A stretch of DNA of 64,000 nt, taken from the NCBI GenBank assembly GCA_965197725.1, contig CBDANQ010000060.1:1-64000 (forward strand), given 5' to 3'. The translations under genes and the position numbers were made by a program. Shown here one piece after another: positions 10,757 to 21,621 of the stretch (the stretch's first letter is position 1; each line of letters opens with the position of its first letter). Source of the DNA: Longimicrobiales bacterium (GTDB lineage: Bacteria > Gemmatimonadota > Gemmatimonadetes > Longimicrobiales > Gaopeijiaceae). The notes beneath the pieces were generated by a model. That model saw only the letters and a program-made list of their open reading frames with translations. It did no database searches and was not told the origin of the DNA.

Positions 10757-10788
10757 CCTCGCATACACCGGTAGACTCGCACCGACCT

Positions 10789-12315
10789 ATGGAAGATCTG
10801 AGCCAGGTGCTCCGCATACGGCGTGAAAAGCTCGCAGCCCTCGGCGAGCGGGGTATCGAGCCCTTCGCGTACAACTACGAACCGACACATCGCACGGTTG
10901 CGGTTGCCGCGTCCTTCGAGGTGGCGGAAACGGCGGGCGGGCTCAGCGAAAACGGCGACGGGGAGTCGGCCCAGCTCGGCGGTCGTATCGTGAGCTGGCG
11001 GGGCCACGGTAAGAGCGCGTTCGCGCACCTCGAGGACGGAGATGGTCGCATCCAGATCTACTTCAAGAAGGACGTGCTCGGGGACGGACCTTTCGAAGAC
11101 CTGGACCTGATCGACCTCGGGGATTGGATCGGGGTGGAGGGGCGGGTCTTCCGCACGCGCACCGGCGAGATCACGATCCGGGCGGAGTCGTATACGCTGC
11201 TCACCAAGGCGTTGCGGCCGCTTCCCTTCGGTAAGGTCGAGACCGACCCGGAGACCGGTGAACGCACCGTGCACTCCGGCTTCTCGAACCAGGAGACCCG
11301 CTACCGACAACGCTGCGCTGACCTGGCTGTTCATCCCGAGGTCCGGGAGGTCTTTCGCACGCGCTCCCGAATCATCACGGCTCTGCGGGCGTTTCTAGAT
11401 TCGGAGGGCTTCTTGGAGGTCGAGACGCCGGTGCTCCAGCCGCTGTACGGCGGCGCCTCGGCAAAGCCGTTCGTGACGACGCACAACGCGTTGGACCAGA
11501 GGATGTATCTGCGCATCGCGGACGAGCTGTACCTCAAGCGCCTCATCGTCGGGGGCTTAGATCGGGTCTACGAGATCTCGAAGGACTTCCGCAACGAGAG
11601 GCTGAGCCGTGTGCACAACCCCGAGTTCACCATGCTCGAGTGGTACCAGGCGTTCTCCGACTACCGAGATCAGATGGATGTGGTCGAGCGCATGGTTCTG
11701 CACGTGCTGGACGACGTCATCGCTGCGCGCACGGTCTCGTACGGAGAGCACGAGATCACGTTTGGGCCTCCGTTCCGGCGCCTGAGTCTGGTCGGCGGCC
11801 TGTCGCAGGCATTGGGTCTGGACGTTCACGAGATGGGAGAGGGCGAGCTGCGAGCGAAGGCCGAAGAGTTGCAGCTCCCGGACCTCGACGGTGCCGGCCG
11901 AGGCAAGCTGATCGATAAGCTCTTCGGTGAGCTCGTCGAACCCGGCCTGATTCAGCCGACGTTCGTGATCGACTACCCGAAGGAACTGAGTCCGCTCGCG
12001 AAGCCGAACCGCGAGGATGCGCGTCTGACGGAGCGTTTCGAGCTGTACATCGCCGGCGCGGAGATCTTCAACGCGTTCTCGGAGCTCAACGACCCGATCG
12101 ACCAGCGGCAGCGTTTCGAAGCTCAGGCGACACTGCGCGCCGCTGGGGACGATGAGGCTCAGCAGGTCGACCAGGACTACATCCGCGCGCTCGAGTACGG
12201 CATGCCGCCCACGGGTGGGGTCGGCTTGGGCGTAGACCGCCTGGTGATGATGCTGACGAACCAGTCCTCGATCCGGGACGTCATCCTGTTTCCCATCCTC
12301 AAGGACGAAGAGTGA
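10789..12315 (+). CDS. lysS: Lysine--tRNA ligase (class II)
   Basis: OB fold, FLEVETPVL, HNPEFTMLEWY, ALEYGMPPTGGVGLGVDRL. Confidence 0.97.
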   Translation: MEDLSQVLRIRREKLAALGERGIEPFAYNYEPTHRTVAVAASFEVAETAGGLSENGDGESAQLGGRIVSWRGHGKSAFAHLEDGDGRIQIYFKKDVLGDGPFEDLDLIDLGDWIGVEGRVFRTRTGEITIRAESYTLLTKALRPLPFGKVETDPETGERTVHSGFSNQETRYRQRCADLAVHPEVREVFRTRSRIITALRAFLDSEGFLEVETPVLQPLYGGASAKPFVTTHNALDQRMYLRIADELYLKRLIVGGLDRVYEISKDFRNERLSRVHNPEFTMLEWYQAFSDYRDQMDVVERMVLHVLDDVIAARTVSYGEHEITFGPPFRRLSLVGGLSQALGLDVHEMGEGELRAKAEELQLPDLDGAGRGKLIDKLFGELVEPGLIQPTFVIDYPKELSPLAKPNREDARLTERFELYIAGAEIFNAFSELNDPIDQRQRFEAQATLRAAGDDEAQQVDQDYIRALEYGMPPTGGVGLGVDRLVMMLTNQSSIRDVILFPILKDEE

Positions 12316-13598
12316 GCGGGTCGGGGGCGCCGCCCGGCGATGCCCGACTGCACTGGTTCATAGCCCGCCACTACCTCGGCGCTGGCCGAGGACGCGGCCT
12401 GCTTTCGCTCATCACGTGGATCGCGCTCGGTGGTGTGACCGTCGGTGTGACGGCGCTCGTCATCGTGATCGCGGTGATGACCGGCATGCAGGAGGACCTC
12501 CAGTCGAAGATCCTGGAGTCGACGGCGCACGTAGTCGTGATGGAGCAAGGCACGAGCTTGCGGCTGCACGACTACCCGACCGTGCTCGAGAAGGTGCGCG
12601 CCACGGAGCATGTAACGGGCGCCGCACCGTTCGTGCTTTCGCAGGTGTCGATCGTGCGCAGCGGTACGGACGCACGCTACCCACAGTCGGCCGATCTATA
12701 CGGCATCGCGTTCGATACGATTGGCGCTCCGCCCACGGAGATGGCGAGGCAGATCATCGACGGTGTGCTTAACCTAGAGCCCCCGGAGTCAGGGGTGCGG
12801 CCGCTGCTCATGGGCTCGGGCCTCGCCGGTCGCATGCAACTCTTCGTTGGAGACACGGTCGTGGTTGCCGCCTTCGAGAACCTCAAACAGGATATCTTCG
12901 GCGGCCTGACTCCGACGCTGCGGCAGTTCGAGGTCACGGGCACGTTCACGACCGGCATGTACGACTACGACATGAAGAACGTGTACACGTCACTCGAGGT
13001 CGCTCAGGAGCTGGTGGGCATCGAGGATCCCAATACGGTAGGAGGGATCGGCGTTCGCACGACGGACCCCCAGATGGCTTTGATCGTGGAGAGAGAGCTG
13101 CGCGACACCCTCGGTTACCCATACTGGGCCGAGTCGTGGATCGTGACCAACCGGGCGCTCTTCAGCGCGCTCAAGCTCGAGAAGATTGCGATGACGCTGA
13201 TCCTCGGCCTCATCGTGGTCGTCGCCGCGTTCAACATCGTGAGCACCCTGGTAATGGTGGTATCGGATCGCACCCGCGAGATCGGCATCCTCAGGGCCAT
13301 GGGCATGACCCGGCGAGGCATCTTGCGCGTGTTCGTGCTGCAAGGGGCGTGGATCGGTGTGATGGGCACGCTCTTGGGCTCCCTGCTCGGCGTCGTGCTC
13401 GGTTTGCTCATCGACCGTTACGACATCATCAAGATCCCGCCCGACGTGTACTTCGTGGACAGCCTGCCGGTCTCGATCTACGTGCCTGATGTGCTGGGGA
13501 TTGTGGTTGGCAGCATCGTCGTGGCCTTCCTCGCCACCGTGTACCCGGCGATCCAGGCGTCCCGCCTCGAGCCGGTGGACGCGATCCGCCATGACTGA
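12312..13598 (+). CDS. lolC: Lipoprotein-releasing ABC transporter permease LolC/E
   Basis: MacB/FtsX-type topology with VAAFNIVSTLVMVV..RTREIGILRAMG; adjacent to lolD. Confidence 0.88.
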   Translation: MSGSGAPPGDARLHWFIARHYLGAGRGRGLLSLITWIALGGVTVGVTALVIVIAVMTGMQEDLQSKILESTAHVVVMEQGTSLRLHDYPTVLEKVRATEHVTGAAPFVLSQVSIVRSGTDARYPQSADLYGIAFDTIGAPPTEMARQIIDGVLNLEPPESGVRPLLMGSGLAGRMQLFVGDTVVVAAFENLKQDIFGGLTPTLRQFEVTGTFTTGMYDYDMKNVYTSLEVAQELVGIEDPNTVGGIGVRTTDPQMALIVERELRDTLGYPYWAESWIVTNRALFSALKLEKIAMTLILGLIVVVAAFNIVSTLVMVVSDRTREIGILRAMGMTRRGILRVFVLQGAWIGVMGTLLGSLLGVVLGLLIDRYDIIKIPPDVYFVDSLPVSIYVPDVLGIVVGSIVVAFLATVYPAIQASRLEPVDAIRHD

Positions 13599-14316
13599 CC
13601 GCTCGAATCCGGCGATGACGAACGGGGCGTCCCTGTCACTCTCGGCACGGGGCCTCCGGAAGAGCTTCGTCATGGGAGACGGAAGCCTGCTCGAGATCTT
13701 GAAGGGCGTCGAGTTCGAGATTGCGGCAGGTGAGGTCGTCGCGATCACCGGAGCGAGTGGGGAGGGGAAGTCGACGTTGTTGCATCTCCTGGGGGCGCTC
13801 GACGTGCCCACCGACGGCGACGTGCTCGTGGGTGGCCGGTCCGTCGCCGGCCTCACCGATGACGCACTCGCTGCCGTGCGCAACCGACACGTGGGGTTCG
13901 TCTTTCAGTTCCATCACCTGCTCCGGGAATTCACCGCGCTCGAGAACGTGATGATGCCTGCGCTCATCGCTGGAGCGTCGCCCGACGAAGCTACGGAAAG
14001 GGCGTCGAGCCTCCTGGTCGCTGTCGGCGTCGACCACCGGGAGGGCCACAAGCCGAGTCAGCTATCGGGCGGGGAGCAGCAGCGCGTGGCGGTGGCGAGA
14101 GCGCTCGTAAACGAGCCTCTGGTGCTGCTCCTGGACGAACCCTCGGGCAACCTGGATACCGAAACGAGCGAGCGCCTTCACGACCTGCTACTCCGGCTTC
14201 GCGAGCGGCGAGCGCTCTCGATGGTGATCGTGACGCACAACCGCGAGCTGGCGGCTCGCACGGACCGAATCCTGGAACTTGCTGGAGGGCGGCTCCAACC
14301 GGTCCCTCAGGTGTAG
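13591..14316 (+). CDS. lolD: Lipoprotein-releasing ABC transporter ATPase
   Basis: GASGEGKST, GFVFQFHHLL, LSGGEQQRVAVARAL, DEPSGNLD. Confidence 0.9.
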   Translation: MTDRSNPAMTNGASLSLSARGLRKSFVMGDGSLLEILKGVEFEIAAGEVVAITGASGEGKSTLLHLLGALDVPTDGDVLVGGRSVAGLTDDALAAVRNRHVGFVFQFHHLLREFTALENVMMPALIAGASPDEATERASSLLVAVGVDHREGHKPSQLSGGEQQRVAVARALVNEPLVLLLDEPSGNLDTETSERLHDLLLRLRERRALSMVIVTHNRELAARTDRILELAGGRLQPVPQV

Positions 14317-14391
14317 CCTGCGTTGCAGAGGGCTTCGAGCAGTGTCGCGGACGGTGCGGGGGCCCACCAACTCACGCAACACTGGTTTCAG

Positions 14392-14895
14392 ATGCCCGAC
14401 AACATCTGCGACAGCTGTGGTTCGTCCGAGGCGGTCGTGAATTTCACGCAGATCGTGAAGGACGAGATGTCCACGTTCCATCTGTGTGAGGCGTGCGCCG
14501 CCGAAAAGGGGCTCGAGCCGGCTCCGGACCCGAGTAACTTTCCGCTCACGGACTTTCTCGCCCAGATGGGCGAGGAGCGCGGACAAGATGAGGTCGACAC
14601 TGACCACCAGTGCTCGTTTTGTGGTCTTACGTTCGGGCAGTTCCGTGAGAGGGGTCGCCTCGGGTGCCCGCACTGCTATGAGACGTTCGAAAGCCACCTT
14701 CGCCGGTTGCTGCGTCGCATTCACGGAGGCGTGCAGCACGTGGGAAAGGTGTACCTCCCGCCAGACCCGACCGCGTCCGAAATGGAGAAACGCCTGGACG
14801 GGCTGCGGCGTAAGCTTGATCGCGCCATCGAGGCAGAGGACTTTGAGCGGGCGGCCGAAGTGAGGGATCAGATCCGATCCCTCGAGCTCGCGTGA
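14392..14895 (+). CDS. mcsA: Protein-arginine kinase activator McsA
   Basis: Four CxxC motifs, GRLGCPHCY and a C-terminal UVR domain (EDFERAAEVRDQI). Confidence 0.92.
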   Translation: MPDNICDSCGSSEAVVNFTQIVKDEMSTFHLCEACAAEKGLEPAPDPSNFPLTDFLAQMGEERGQDEVDTDHQCSFCGLTFGQFRERGRLGCPHCYETFESHLRRLLRRIHGGVQHVGKVYLPPDPTASEMEKRLDGLRRKLDRAIEAEDFERAAEVRDQIRSLELA

Positions 14896-14899
14896 GCGG

Positions 14900-16111
14900 A
14901 TGAACGACTTCACGACGATCCCGGACTACGGACTCAGCTGGCTTGAAGCCAGCGGTGACCACGCCGACATCGTGCTGTCCACCCGCGTTCGGCTCGCCCG
15001 CAATCTCCAGGGGCACGCGTTCGGGCCACGGGCTCGCGTGAACGACCGCGAGGCGGTTCTCCGACTCTTCAAGAGCTCGGTCGAGCGCGCCGAGACTCTA
15101 ACGAGTGGGACACTGCTCGAGATGTCCGACGTTGCGACACGCACGCGCCGGATCCTGCTCGAACGGCGCCTGGTAACGAGTGGGACACTGCTCGAGATGT
15201 CCGACGTTGCGACACGCACGCGCCGGATCCTGCTCGAACGGCGCCTGGTGACGAGAGATCTTCTCGGTGACGAAGAAAGCGGTCCTCCGCGAGGTACGGC
15301 GGTCCATCTTTCGAGTCGTGATCCCATCAGTGTAATGGTGAATGAGGAGGATCATCTCCGTGTCCAGAGCTTGCTCTCAGGCCTCCGCATCGCGGAGGCA
15401 TGGCGCATGGTGGACCGGCTCGACGAAGAGCTCGGTCGTGAGTTGCCGTATGCCTACCACCACGAGTTCGGTTTTCTCACGAGCTGCCCAACCAACGTGG
15501 GCTCTGGGCTGCGCGCATCCGTCTTCATGCATCTGCCGGGCTTGGTCCTCACCAAGGAGATCGGGAAGGTGCTCCAGGGGCTCGGTCAGGTGGGACTGAC
15601 CTTCCGCGGGCTGTACGGCGAGGGATCCGAAGTCGTGGGGAACTTCTTCCAGGTGTCGAATCAGACGACGCTGGGCAAGACCGAGGAAGATTTGGTGGAT
15701 CACCTCGACAAGGTCGCCCGCCAGGTGATCCAATATGAAGTGCAGGCCAGACAGGTTCTGCTGCGCGACGCGGGTGGTGTAACCGAAGACAAGATCTGGA
15801 GAGCATACGGCCTTCTGCGTTATGCGCGGTCGCTTTCCTTCGAAGAATTGATGAATTTACTCTCGGGTGTGCGGTTGGGGCTTTCGCTGAAACTACTCCC
15901 CGGCCTCCGTGTATACACGCTCAATAAGATGATGATTTTTACGCAGGCGGCTCACCTGGAGCAGGCCGCCGGGCGTGAGCTACCTTCATCCGAGGGTGAC
16001 ACGCACCGTGCTGCCTATGTACGGCGCGTTCTTGCGTCTGAGGGGGACGTCACGTCCGACGGTACGCCGGCAGCTGATGAACTCCCGAACGACGGTCCGG
16101 ACGGACGATGA
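14900..16111 (+). CDS. mcsB: Protein-arginine kinase McsB (with internal 25-aa duplication)
   Basis: STRVRLARNL, MVNEEDHLR, LTSCPTNVGSGLRAS. Confidence 0.95.
   Translation: MNDFTTIPDYGLSWLEASGDHADIVLSTRVRLARNLQGHAFGPRARVNDREAVLRLFKSSVERAETLTSGTLLEMSDVATRTRRILLERRLVTSGTLLEMSDVATRTRRILLERRLVTRDLLGDEESGPPRGTAVHLSSRDPISVMVNEEDHLRVQSLLSGLRIAEAWRMVDRLDEELGRELPYAYHHEFGFLTSCPTNVGSGLRASVFMHLPGLVLTKEIGKVLQGLGQVGLTFRGLYGEGSEVVGNFFQVSNQTTLGKTEEDLVDHLDKVARQVIQYEVQARQVLLRDAGGVTEDKIWRAYGLLRYARSLSFEELMNLLSGVRLGLSLKLLPGLRVYTLNKMMIFTQAAHLEQAAGRELPSSEGDTHRAAYVRRVLASEGDVTSDGTPAADELPNDGPDGR
15099..15249 (+). repeat. Perfect 75-bp tandem duplication inside mcsB
   Basis: Unit encodes TSGTLLEMSDVATRTRRILLERRLV twice; ACGAG microhomology at 15101, 15176 and 15251. 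Confidence 0.95.
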
Positions 16112-18591
16112 ACTACAACTTCACCGACCGAGTGAGGAAAGTGCTGGCGATGGCCCGAGAGGAGGCCATCCGCCTACAGCATGACTATGTGGGTACCGAG
16201 CACATCCTGCTCGGGCTCATCCGTGAAGGCGAAGGCGTAGCGGCGGCGGTTCTGACGAACCTCGACGTCGATCTCGAGCAGATCCACGAGCGGGTCGAAG
16301 AGTCGGTGCGCAAGGGCAAGGCGACCATCGCGCTCGGCGAGCTGCCCTATACGTCGCGTGCCAAGAAGGTGTTGGAGTTCGCGATGGCCGAGGCCCGTGA
16401 CTTCAACCATTCCTACGTCGGTACCGAGCACCTGCTGCTCGGCCTCCTGCGAGAGGAGAAAGGAATTGCCGCCCAGGTTCTGAACTCGCTCGGCGTGACA
16501 CTCGAGGAGGCCCGGGGCGAAACGCTCAAGGTTCTCGGTTCCGACGTCGCACCATCCGAGCCCGCCGGCATCGGAGGAGGGGGCTCCGGCACTCCCTCCG
16601 GCAAGCAAGGCGACAAGAAATCCAAGACTCCGGCGCTCGATCACTTCTGCCGCGACCTGACGGAGCTGGCTCGCCAGAACAAACTCGATCCAACCATTGG
16701 GCGGACTACCGAGATTGAACGGGTTGTGGAGATTCTCTGCCGTCGCAAGAAGAACAATCCCGTGCTCATCGGTGAGCCCGGTGTGGGCAAGACCGCCATC
16801 GTGGAAGGTCTTGCTCAGCTCATCTCGCGTGCGGAGATCACGGAAGCTCTGAGGGACTACCGGGTCCTGGCGCTCGATATGGCCGCGGTCATCGCGGGCA
16901 CCAAGTACCGGGGCCAGTTCGAGGAGCGGCTCAAGGCCGTGATGAACGAGATCCAGCAGGCGCAGACCGTCATCCTCTTCATCGACGAGATGCATACACT
17001 CGTCGGGGCAGGCGCCGCGGAAGGTGCCATCGACGCCTCCAACATGCTCAAGCCGGCGCTCGCCCGCGGTGAGCTGCAGTGCATCGGAGCGTCGACGCTG
17101 AACGAGTACCGGAAGTACATCGAGAAGGACGGGGCGCTAGAGCGGCGCTTCCAGCCGGTCATCGTCGATCCTCCCGCAGTGGAGGAGACGGTGGAGATTC
17201 TGAAGGGGCTGCGCGGTCACTACGAGGACCACCACCGCATAGTGATTCCGGACGAAGCGATCGAGAACGCGGCCCAGCTCGCCGACCGGTACATCACGGA
17301 TCGCTTCCTACCCGACAAAGCGATCGACGTGATCGACGAGGCAGGAGCGCGCGCACGCATCGCGAGCGCATTGCCGCCGCCCGAGGTCGAGGAGCTCAAG
17401 GGGCAGCTTGCCGAGATCGCAAATCGGAAGGAAGAGGCGATCGGCAACCAGGACTTCGAGCGTGCTGCCGAACTCAGGGACGAGGAGCGCGAGTTCAGCC
17501 AGTCGATCCGGCAGCGGCAGGAAGCGTGGGAGGAAGAGCGCAAGCGCCACCGGCCCGAAATCTCTTCGGAGGACGTCGCATTCATCGTCAGCCGTTGGAC
17601 GGGAATTCCGGTGACGCGGATCGCTCAGACCGAGTCCGATCGTCTGGTGAACATGGAAGACGAACTGCACAAGCGCATCGTCGGCCAACAGGACGCGATA
17701 GAGGCGATCAGCCGAGCGATCCGGCGCAGCCGAGCCGGACTGAAGGACCCGAGGCGCCCGATCGGTTCGTTTATCTTCTCCGGACCGACCGGCGTCGGCA
17801 AAACCGAGCTGGCGCGGGCGCTCGCAGAGTTCTTGTTCGCGGACCGGGACGCGCTGATCCGTGTCGACATGAGCGAGTACATGGAGAAGTTCTCGGTGTC
17901 GCGCCTGATCGGCGCGCCTCCGGGATACGTCGGCTACGAGGACTCGGGTGCGCTCACCAAGGCGGTACGGCGGCGCCCCTATTCCGTCGTGCTTCTGGAC
18001 GAGATCGAAAAGGCGCACCCCGACGTCTTCAACATCCTCCTGCAGGTGCTCGACGAAGGTCATCTCACGGACAATTACGGCCGGGTGATCGACTTCAAGA
18101 ACACCGTGCTGATCATGACCTCGAACCTGGGCGCGCGGGATATTACGAAGGGTGGAGGCCTCGGCTTCCAGTCCGCGGATCCGCTGAGCAGCTACGAGGT
18201 CATGCAGGACAAGGTTCGTCAGGAGATCGAACGCGCGTTCAACCCCGAGTTCCTGAACCGAGTAGACGAGACCATCGTCTTCCATCCGCTGACGAAGGTG
18301 GAGATCGCGGAAATCGTGCACATCCTGCTCGAGGACATGCGGGATCGCCTTGGGGAGGAGGAGATGACGCTCACGCTCACGGACGCCGCGATCGAATTCC
18401 TCGTCGACGAGGGATACGACGAGAGGTTCGGCGCTCGGCCCCTCAAGCGGGCGCTCCAGAAGTTCCTCGAGGATCCACTGTCGGAGAAGATTCTCGCGGC
18501 CGAGTTCGCTGCCGGGGACGAGATCGAAGTGGACGCGGATCCGGAGGGAGGAAGCTTGACCCTCTGGGCGGAGTCGACGAGCAAGACGTGA
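16108..18591 (+). CDS. clpC: ATP-dependent Clp protease ATPase ClpC
   Basis: Two Clp-N repeats, two AAA+ modules ([16 protein letters not shown]), UVR middle domain and LGF loop. Confidence 0.96.
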   Translation: MNYNFTDRVRKVLAMAREEAIRLQHDYVGTEHILLGLIREGEGVAAAVLTNLDVDLEQIHERVEESVRKGKATIALGELPYTSRAKKVLEFAMAEARDFNHSYVGTEHLLLGLLREEKGIAAQVLNSLGVTLEEARGETLKVLGSDVAPSEPAGIGGGGSGTPSGKQGDKKSKTPALDHFCRDLTELARQNKLDPTIGRTTEIERVVEILCRRKKNNPVLIGEPGVGKTAIVEGLAQLISRAEITEALRDYRVLALDMAAVIAGTKYRGQFEERLKAVMNEIQQAQTVILFIDEMHTLVGAGAAEGAIDASNMLKPALARGELQCIGASTLNEYRKYIEKDGALERRFQPVIVDPPAVEETVEILKGLRGHYEDHHRIVIPDEAIENAAQLADRYITDRFLPDKAIDVIDEAGARARIASALPPPEVEELKGQLAEIANRKEEAIGNQDFERAAELRDEEREFSQSIRQRQEAWEEERKRHRPEISSEDVAFIVSRWTGIPVTRIAQTESDRLVNMEDELHKRIVGQQDAIEAISRAIRRSRAGLKDPRRPIGSFIFSGPTGVGKTELARALAEFLFADRDALIRVDMSEYMEKFSVSRLIGAPPGYVGYEDSGALTKAVRRRPYSVVLLDEIEKAHPDVFNILLQVLDEGHLTDNYGRVIDFKNTVLIMTSNLGARDITKGGGLGFQSADPLSSYEVMQDKVRQEIERAFNPEFLNRVDETIVFHPLTKVEIAEIVHILLEDMRDRLGEEEMTLTLTDAAIEFLVDEGYDERFGARPLKRALQKFLEDPLSEKILAAEFAAGDEIEVDADPEGGSLTLWAESTSKT

Positions 18592-21029
18592 TGCACTGGA
18601 CTCCTATGCGAGAGCTCCTAGGGAAGGCCACCGCTTTGGCGGCGGCCTTCTTCGCGGTCATGGGGCTGACGTCTCCTACAGGTGTGGCCGCACAGGGCCC
18701 ACAGACCAGGCTGGTGGTCGTAGACACCGTAGTCGTGGAGGGCAACTCCCCGCGCATCCAAGAGCAGTCAATCGTGGCGCTCTTCGGTGTGCAGCCTGGC
18801 GCAGAGGTCATGTACCGGGACGTCCAGCGCGGCATGAAGGAGTTGATGAAGAGCGGGCAGTTCAAGGACGTGGTGGTTCGGGCCCGAGGCACCTCACCCG
18901 TGGAGCTGGTCATCCAGGTCGAGGAGCAGGCTCGGGTTCGCGCCGTGCGGATGAACGGGCTCGAGCATGTGTCTCCGCGCGAGGTCAGGGACACCACCCA
19001 GCTGAGGCCGGGCTTCCCGTTCAACCCACAACGCGTCCTCGACGCGAAGGCGTACATCCGGTCCGAGCTCGCAGCGGACGGCATTCCGTTCGTCGAGATC
19101 ACCGAGCGGATCGAACAGGTCCCCGGGGGGGACAACGAAGTCGACGTCATCCTTGACGTTGTCGAGGGTCAGCGCGTGACGATCGCGCATATGGAGTTCA
19201 TCGGGAACGAGCGTCTCGCCGACGACCAGTTGCGGGGCGCGATGTCCATTAAGCCCGAGGGCTTCTGGTGGTTCCGTTCCGGCAGTTTCGACGAGCTCCG
19301 GCTTACCGAAGATCTCGCGGTGAAACTCCCCCAGCTTTACAGCAGCCGCGGATTCTTGGACTTTGACGTCCTCTCGGACACGGTCATCGTCGATCCGACC
19401 TCGGGCAAGGCGAGCCTGATCATCGAGCTCGACGAGGGTGAGCAGTACCGACTCGGCTCGTTCACGGTCGAAGGGAACCGTCGCTTCACCAGCGAGGAGC
19501 TCGAGCTCCCTTTCGCGAGCGGTGGGGGCGGCATCCTGGGCAGCCTCGGATTCGGGGGCGGCGAAGCACGGGAGGAGGGGGGAGACGTCTTCGATGCCAC
19601 GGCGTTCCAGGAGGCGGTCCAGAGCGCCGAGGAGCGGTACCGGAACGAGGGGTATCTCTATGCCCGAGTCACGCCGATCGTCAACAAGGTCCCCTCGGAA
19701 AACGGCGGGTCACCGACGATCGACGCCGCGTGGCAGATAACCGAGGGCTCGCCGGCGCTCGTGAACCGGGTAACGATCTCGGGCAACGATTACACCTACG
19801 AGTGGGTGATCCGCAACCAGGTATTTATTCTGCCCGGCGACGTGTATAGCCAGGAACGGGTGTTGCGCAGCTACCAGAATATCTCTGCGCTGGGTTTCTT
19901 CGAGACGCCGGGGCCGTTCCCGGATATCCAGCCGAACGAGGAGGGTGACGTCGACATCACCTTCAACGTGGTTGAAAAGCAGACCGGCTCCATCAGCTTC
20001 GGCACCTCGGTGGGGGGCGGCGTAGGCCTCTCCGGCTTCGTCGGATACACCCAGCCCAACCTGTTCGGGCGGGCGAAGTCAGGCAGCCTGCGGTGGGACT
20101 TCGGCCGCTTCCTGAACAGCTTCGAGACGAGCTACACAGACCCGTCTCTCTTTCAGAGCCTCGTGTCGGGATCGCTGAGACTATTCAATTCGCGGGACCG
20201 CTTCTTCCAGTTCGCGACGGGCCGGCGACGCCGGGTGGGAATGAACACTCGCTTCGGTTTCCCGTGGCCGAACTCGAGGGTTTCCCGTGTCTTCGTCGGG
20301 TATGGCTTGTCGCAGACGAAGTACGAACAGTTCAGCGATTCCGATGATACGTCACTGTTCGGTCGTCCACCGGGCGTTCAGAGCCAGCTCACGTTGGGCC
20401 TTACCCGTCAAACGCTGGATCACCCGCTCTTTCCGACCAGCGGCTCACGCCAGAACGTCAATATCGAAGCCAACGGCGGGCCGCTCGGTGGTGACGGTCA
20501 GTTCACACGTGTGCTGGCCGACGCGAATTGGTGGGTCCCCATCGGCGGGAGTGCCATGGGCGAGGGAGGGGCGCCCGGTGGTGCGCGCGTCGCTCTCGGA
20601 CTGACGCTCAAGGCTGGTGCCGTTTTCGGTGACGCGTCGGCGTTCCCCTTCGATCGGTTCTGGATGGGTGGTGTGCAGTTCGGCCAGAACCTGCGCGGCT
20701 ACGGCGAGACGTCGATTACGCCCCTCGGCTACTTCCCTGAGCGGGCAACGGGCATCAACGACATCGAGCGGCTCGGCAACGCTTTCTTCAGCGTGACCGC
20801 CGAGTATGCCCTACGGTTGGGCGGCCAGCTCGGGGTGTCGCTCTTCTACGATGCCGGTAATGTGTGGCGCACGCCCGGCGACTTCGACCCGACGCGCATG
20901 TTCCGGGGAGCGGGATTGGGCGCGACGTTCGTGACCCCGTTCGGACCCCTTGGACTCGACTACGCGTATGGATTTGATAAGACGAACCCCGGATGGAAGT
21001 TCCACTTCCGTATGGGTCCGGGTCTCTAA
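18591..21029 (+). CDS. bamA: Outer membrane protein assembly factor BamA
   Basis: Signal peptide, POTRA repeats, NLRGY motif and C-terminal TPFGPLGLDYAYG. Start inferred after the clpC stop. Confidence 0.93.
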   Translation: MHWTPMRELLGKATALAAAFFAVMGLTSPTGVAAQGPQTRLVVVDTVVVEGNSPRIQEQSIVALFGVQPGAEVMYRDVQRGMKELMKSGQFKDVVVRARGTSPVELVIQVEEQARVRAVRMNGLEHVSPREVRDTTQLRPGFPFNPQRVLDAKAYIRSELAADGIPFVEITERIEQVPGGDNEVDVILDVVEGQRVTIAHMEFIGNERLADDQLRGAMSIKPEGFWWFRSGSFDELRLTEDLAVKLPQLYSSRGFLDFDVLSDTVIVDPTSGKASLIIELDEGEQYRLGSFTVEGNRRFTSEELELPFASGGGGILGSLGFGGGEAREEGGDVFDATAFQEAVQSAEERYRNEGYLYARVTPIVNKVPSENGGSPTIDAAWQITEGSPALVNRVTISGNDYTYEWVIRNQVFILPGDVYSQERVLRSYQNISALGFFETPGPFPDIQPNEEGDVDITFNVVEKQTGSISFGTSVGGGVGLSGFVGYTQPNLFGRAKSGSLRWDFGRFLNSFETSYTDPSLFQSLVSGSLRLFNSRDRFFQFATGRRRRVGMNTRFGFPWPNSRVSRVFVGYGLSQTKYEQFSDSDDTSLFGRPPGVQSQLTLGLTRQTLDHPLFPTSGSRQNVNIEANGGPLGGDGQFTRVLADANWWVPIGGSAMGEGGAPGGARVALGLTLKAGAVFGDASAFPFDRFWMGGVQFGQNLRGYGETSITPLGYFPERATGINDIERLGNAFFSVTAEYALRLGGQLGVSLFYDAGNVWRTPGDFDPTRMFRGAGLGATFVTPFGPLGLDYAYGFDKTNPGWKFHFRMGPGL

Positions 21030-21072
21030 AGCTTACCGGGCCGTGGTGCACTACTTGACGGAGTACTGGCAT

Positions 21073-21609
21073 ATGCGACGTACTTGGCTCGCGTCCCTGG
21101 CTTTCGCCCTGCTTTCGGCGGGGGCCGCGGAGGCGCAGACGGTAAAGATCGGCTACATCAACTCTGCCGAAATCGTGCAGAGCGCTCCCGGCTCGGCGGA
21201 AGCCCAGGCTCAGTTCGATGCCGAGGTGCAGTCCGCACAGGAGGAGATCCAGCGACTGCAGACGGAACTCCAAAACCTGGACCAACAGCTGCAGCAACAG
21301 CAGCTCACGCTCTCGCCGGAGGCCAGGGCGAACCGCGAGCAGCAGCTGCAGGTCAGGGCTCAGGAGTACGAGCAGCGGGCCGCGCAGCTCCAAGAGCAGG
21401 CGAACGAGCGCCGAGCGGAGTTGGTTCAGCCGATCATGGACCAGATCACCGAAGTGATCGAGGCTCTGCGTGAGGAGGGCAACTACGCGATGATCCTCGA
21501 CGCCGCCGCCGGATCCATCATTTCGGCGGACCCGGCTCTCGATCTCACGCAGGAAGTTCTGCGTCGGCTCGAGGCCGCTGCTGCCCCAGCGCCCGGAGGG
21601 GGGCAGTAG
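21073..21609 (+). CDS. skp: OmpH/Skp periplasmic chaperone
   Basis: Signal peptide, KIGYIN, Gln-rich coiled coil, DLTQEVL; lies between bamA and lpxD. Confidence 0.92.
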   Translation: MRRTWLASLAFALLSAGAAEAQTVKIGYINSAEIVQSAPGSAEAQAQFDAEVQSAQEEIQRLQTELQNLDQQLQQQQLTLSPEARANREQQLQVRAQEYEQRAAQLQEQANERRAELVQPIMDQITEVIEALREEGNYAMILDAAAGSIISADPALDLTQEVLRRLEAAAAPAPGGGQ

Positions 21610-21621
21610 AGTAGCTTTCCC

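Noticed and set aside
17079..18590. 1316-aa ORF suggesting a giant BamA fusion
   Set aside because: The first ~500 codons are an alternative frame of clpC; the BamA signal peptide starts at ~18591.
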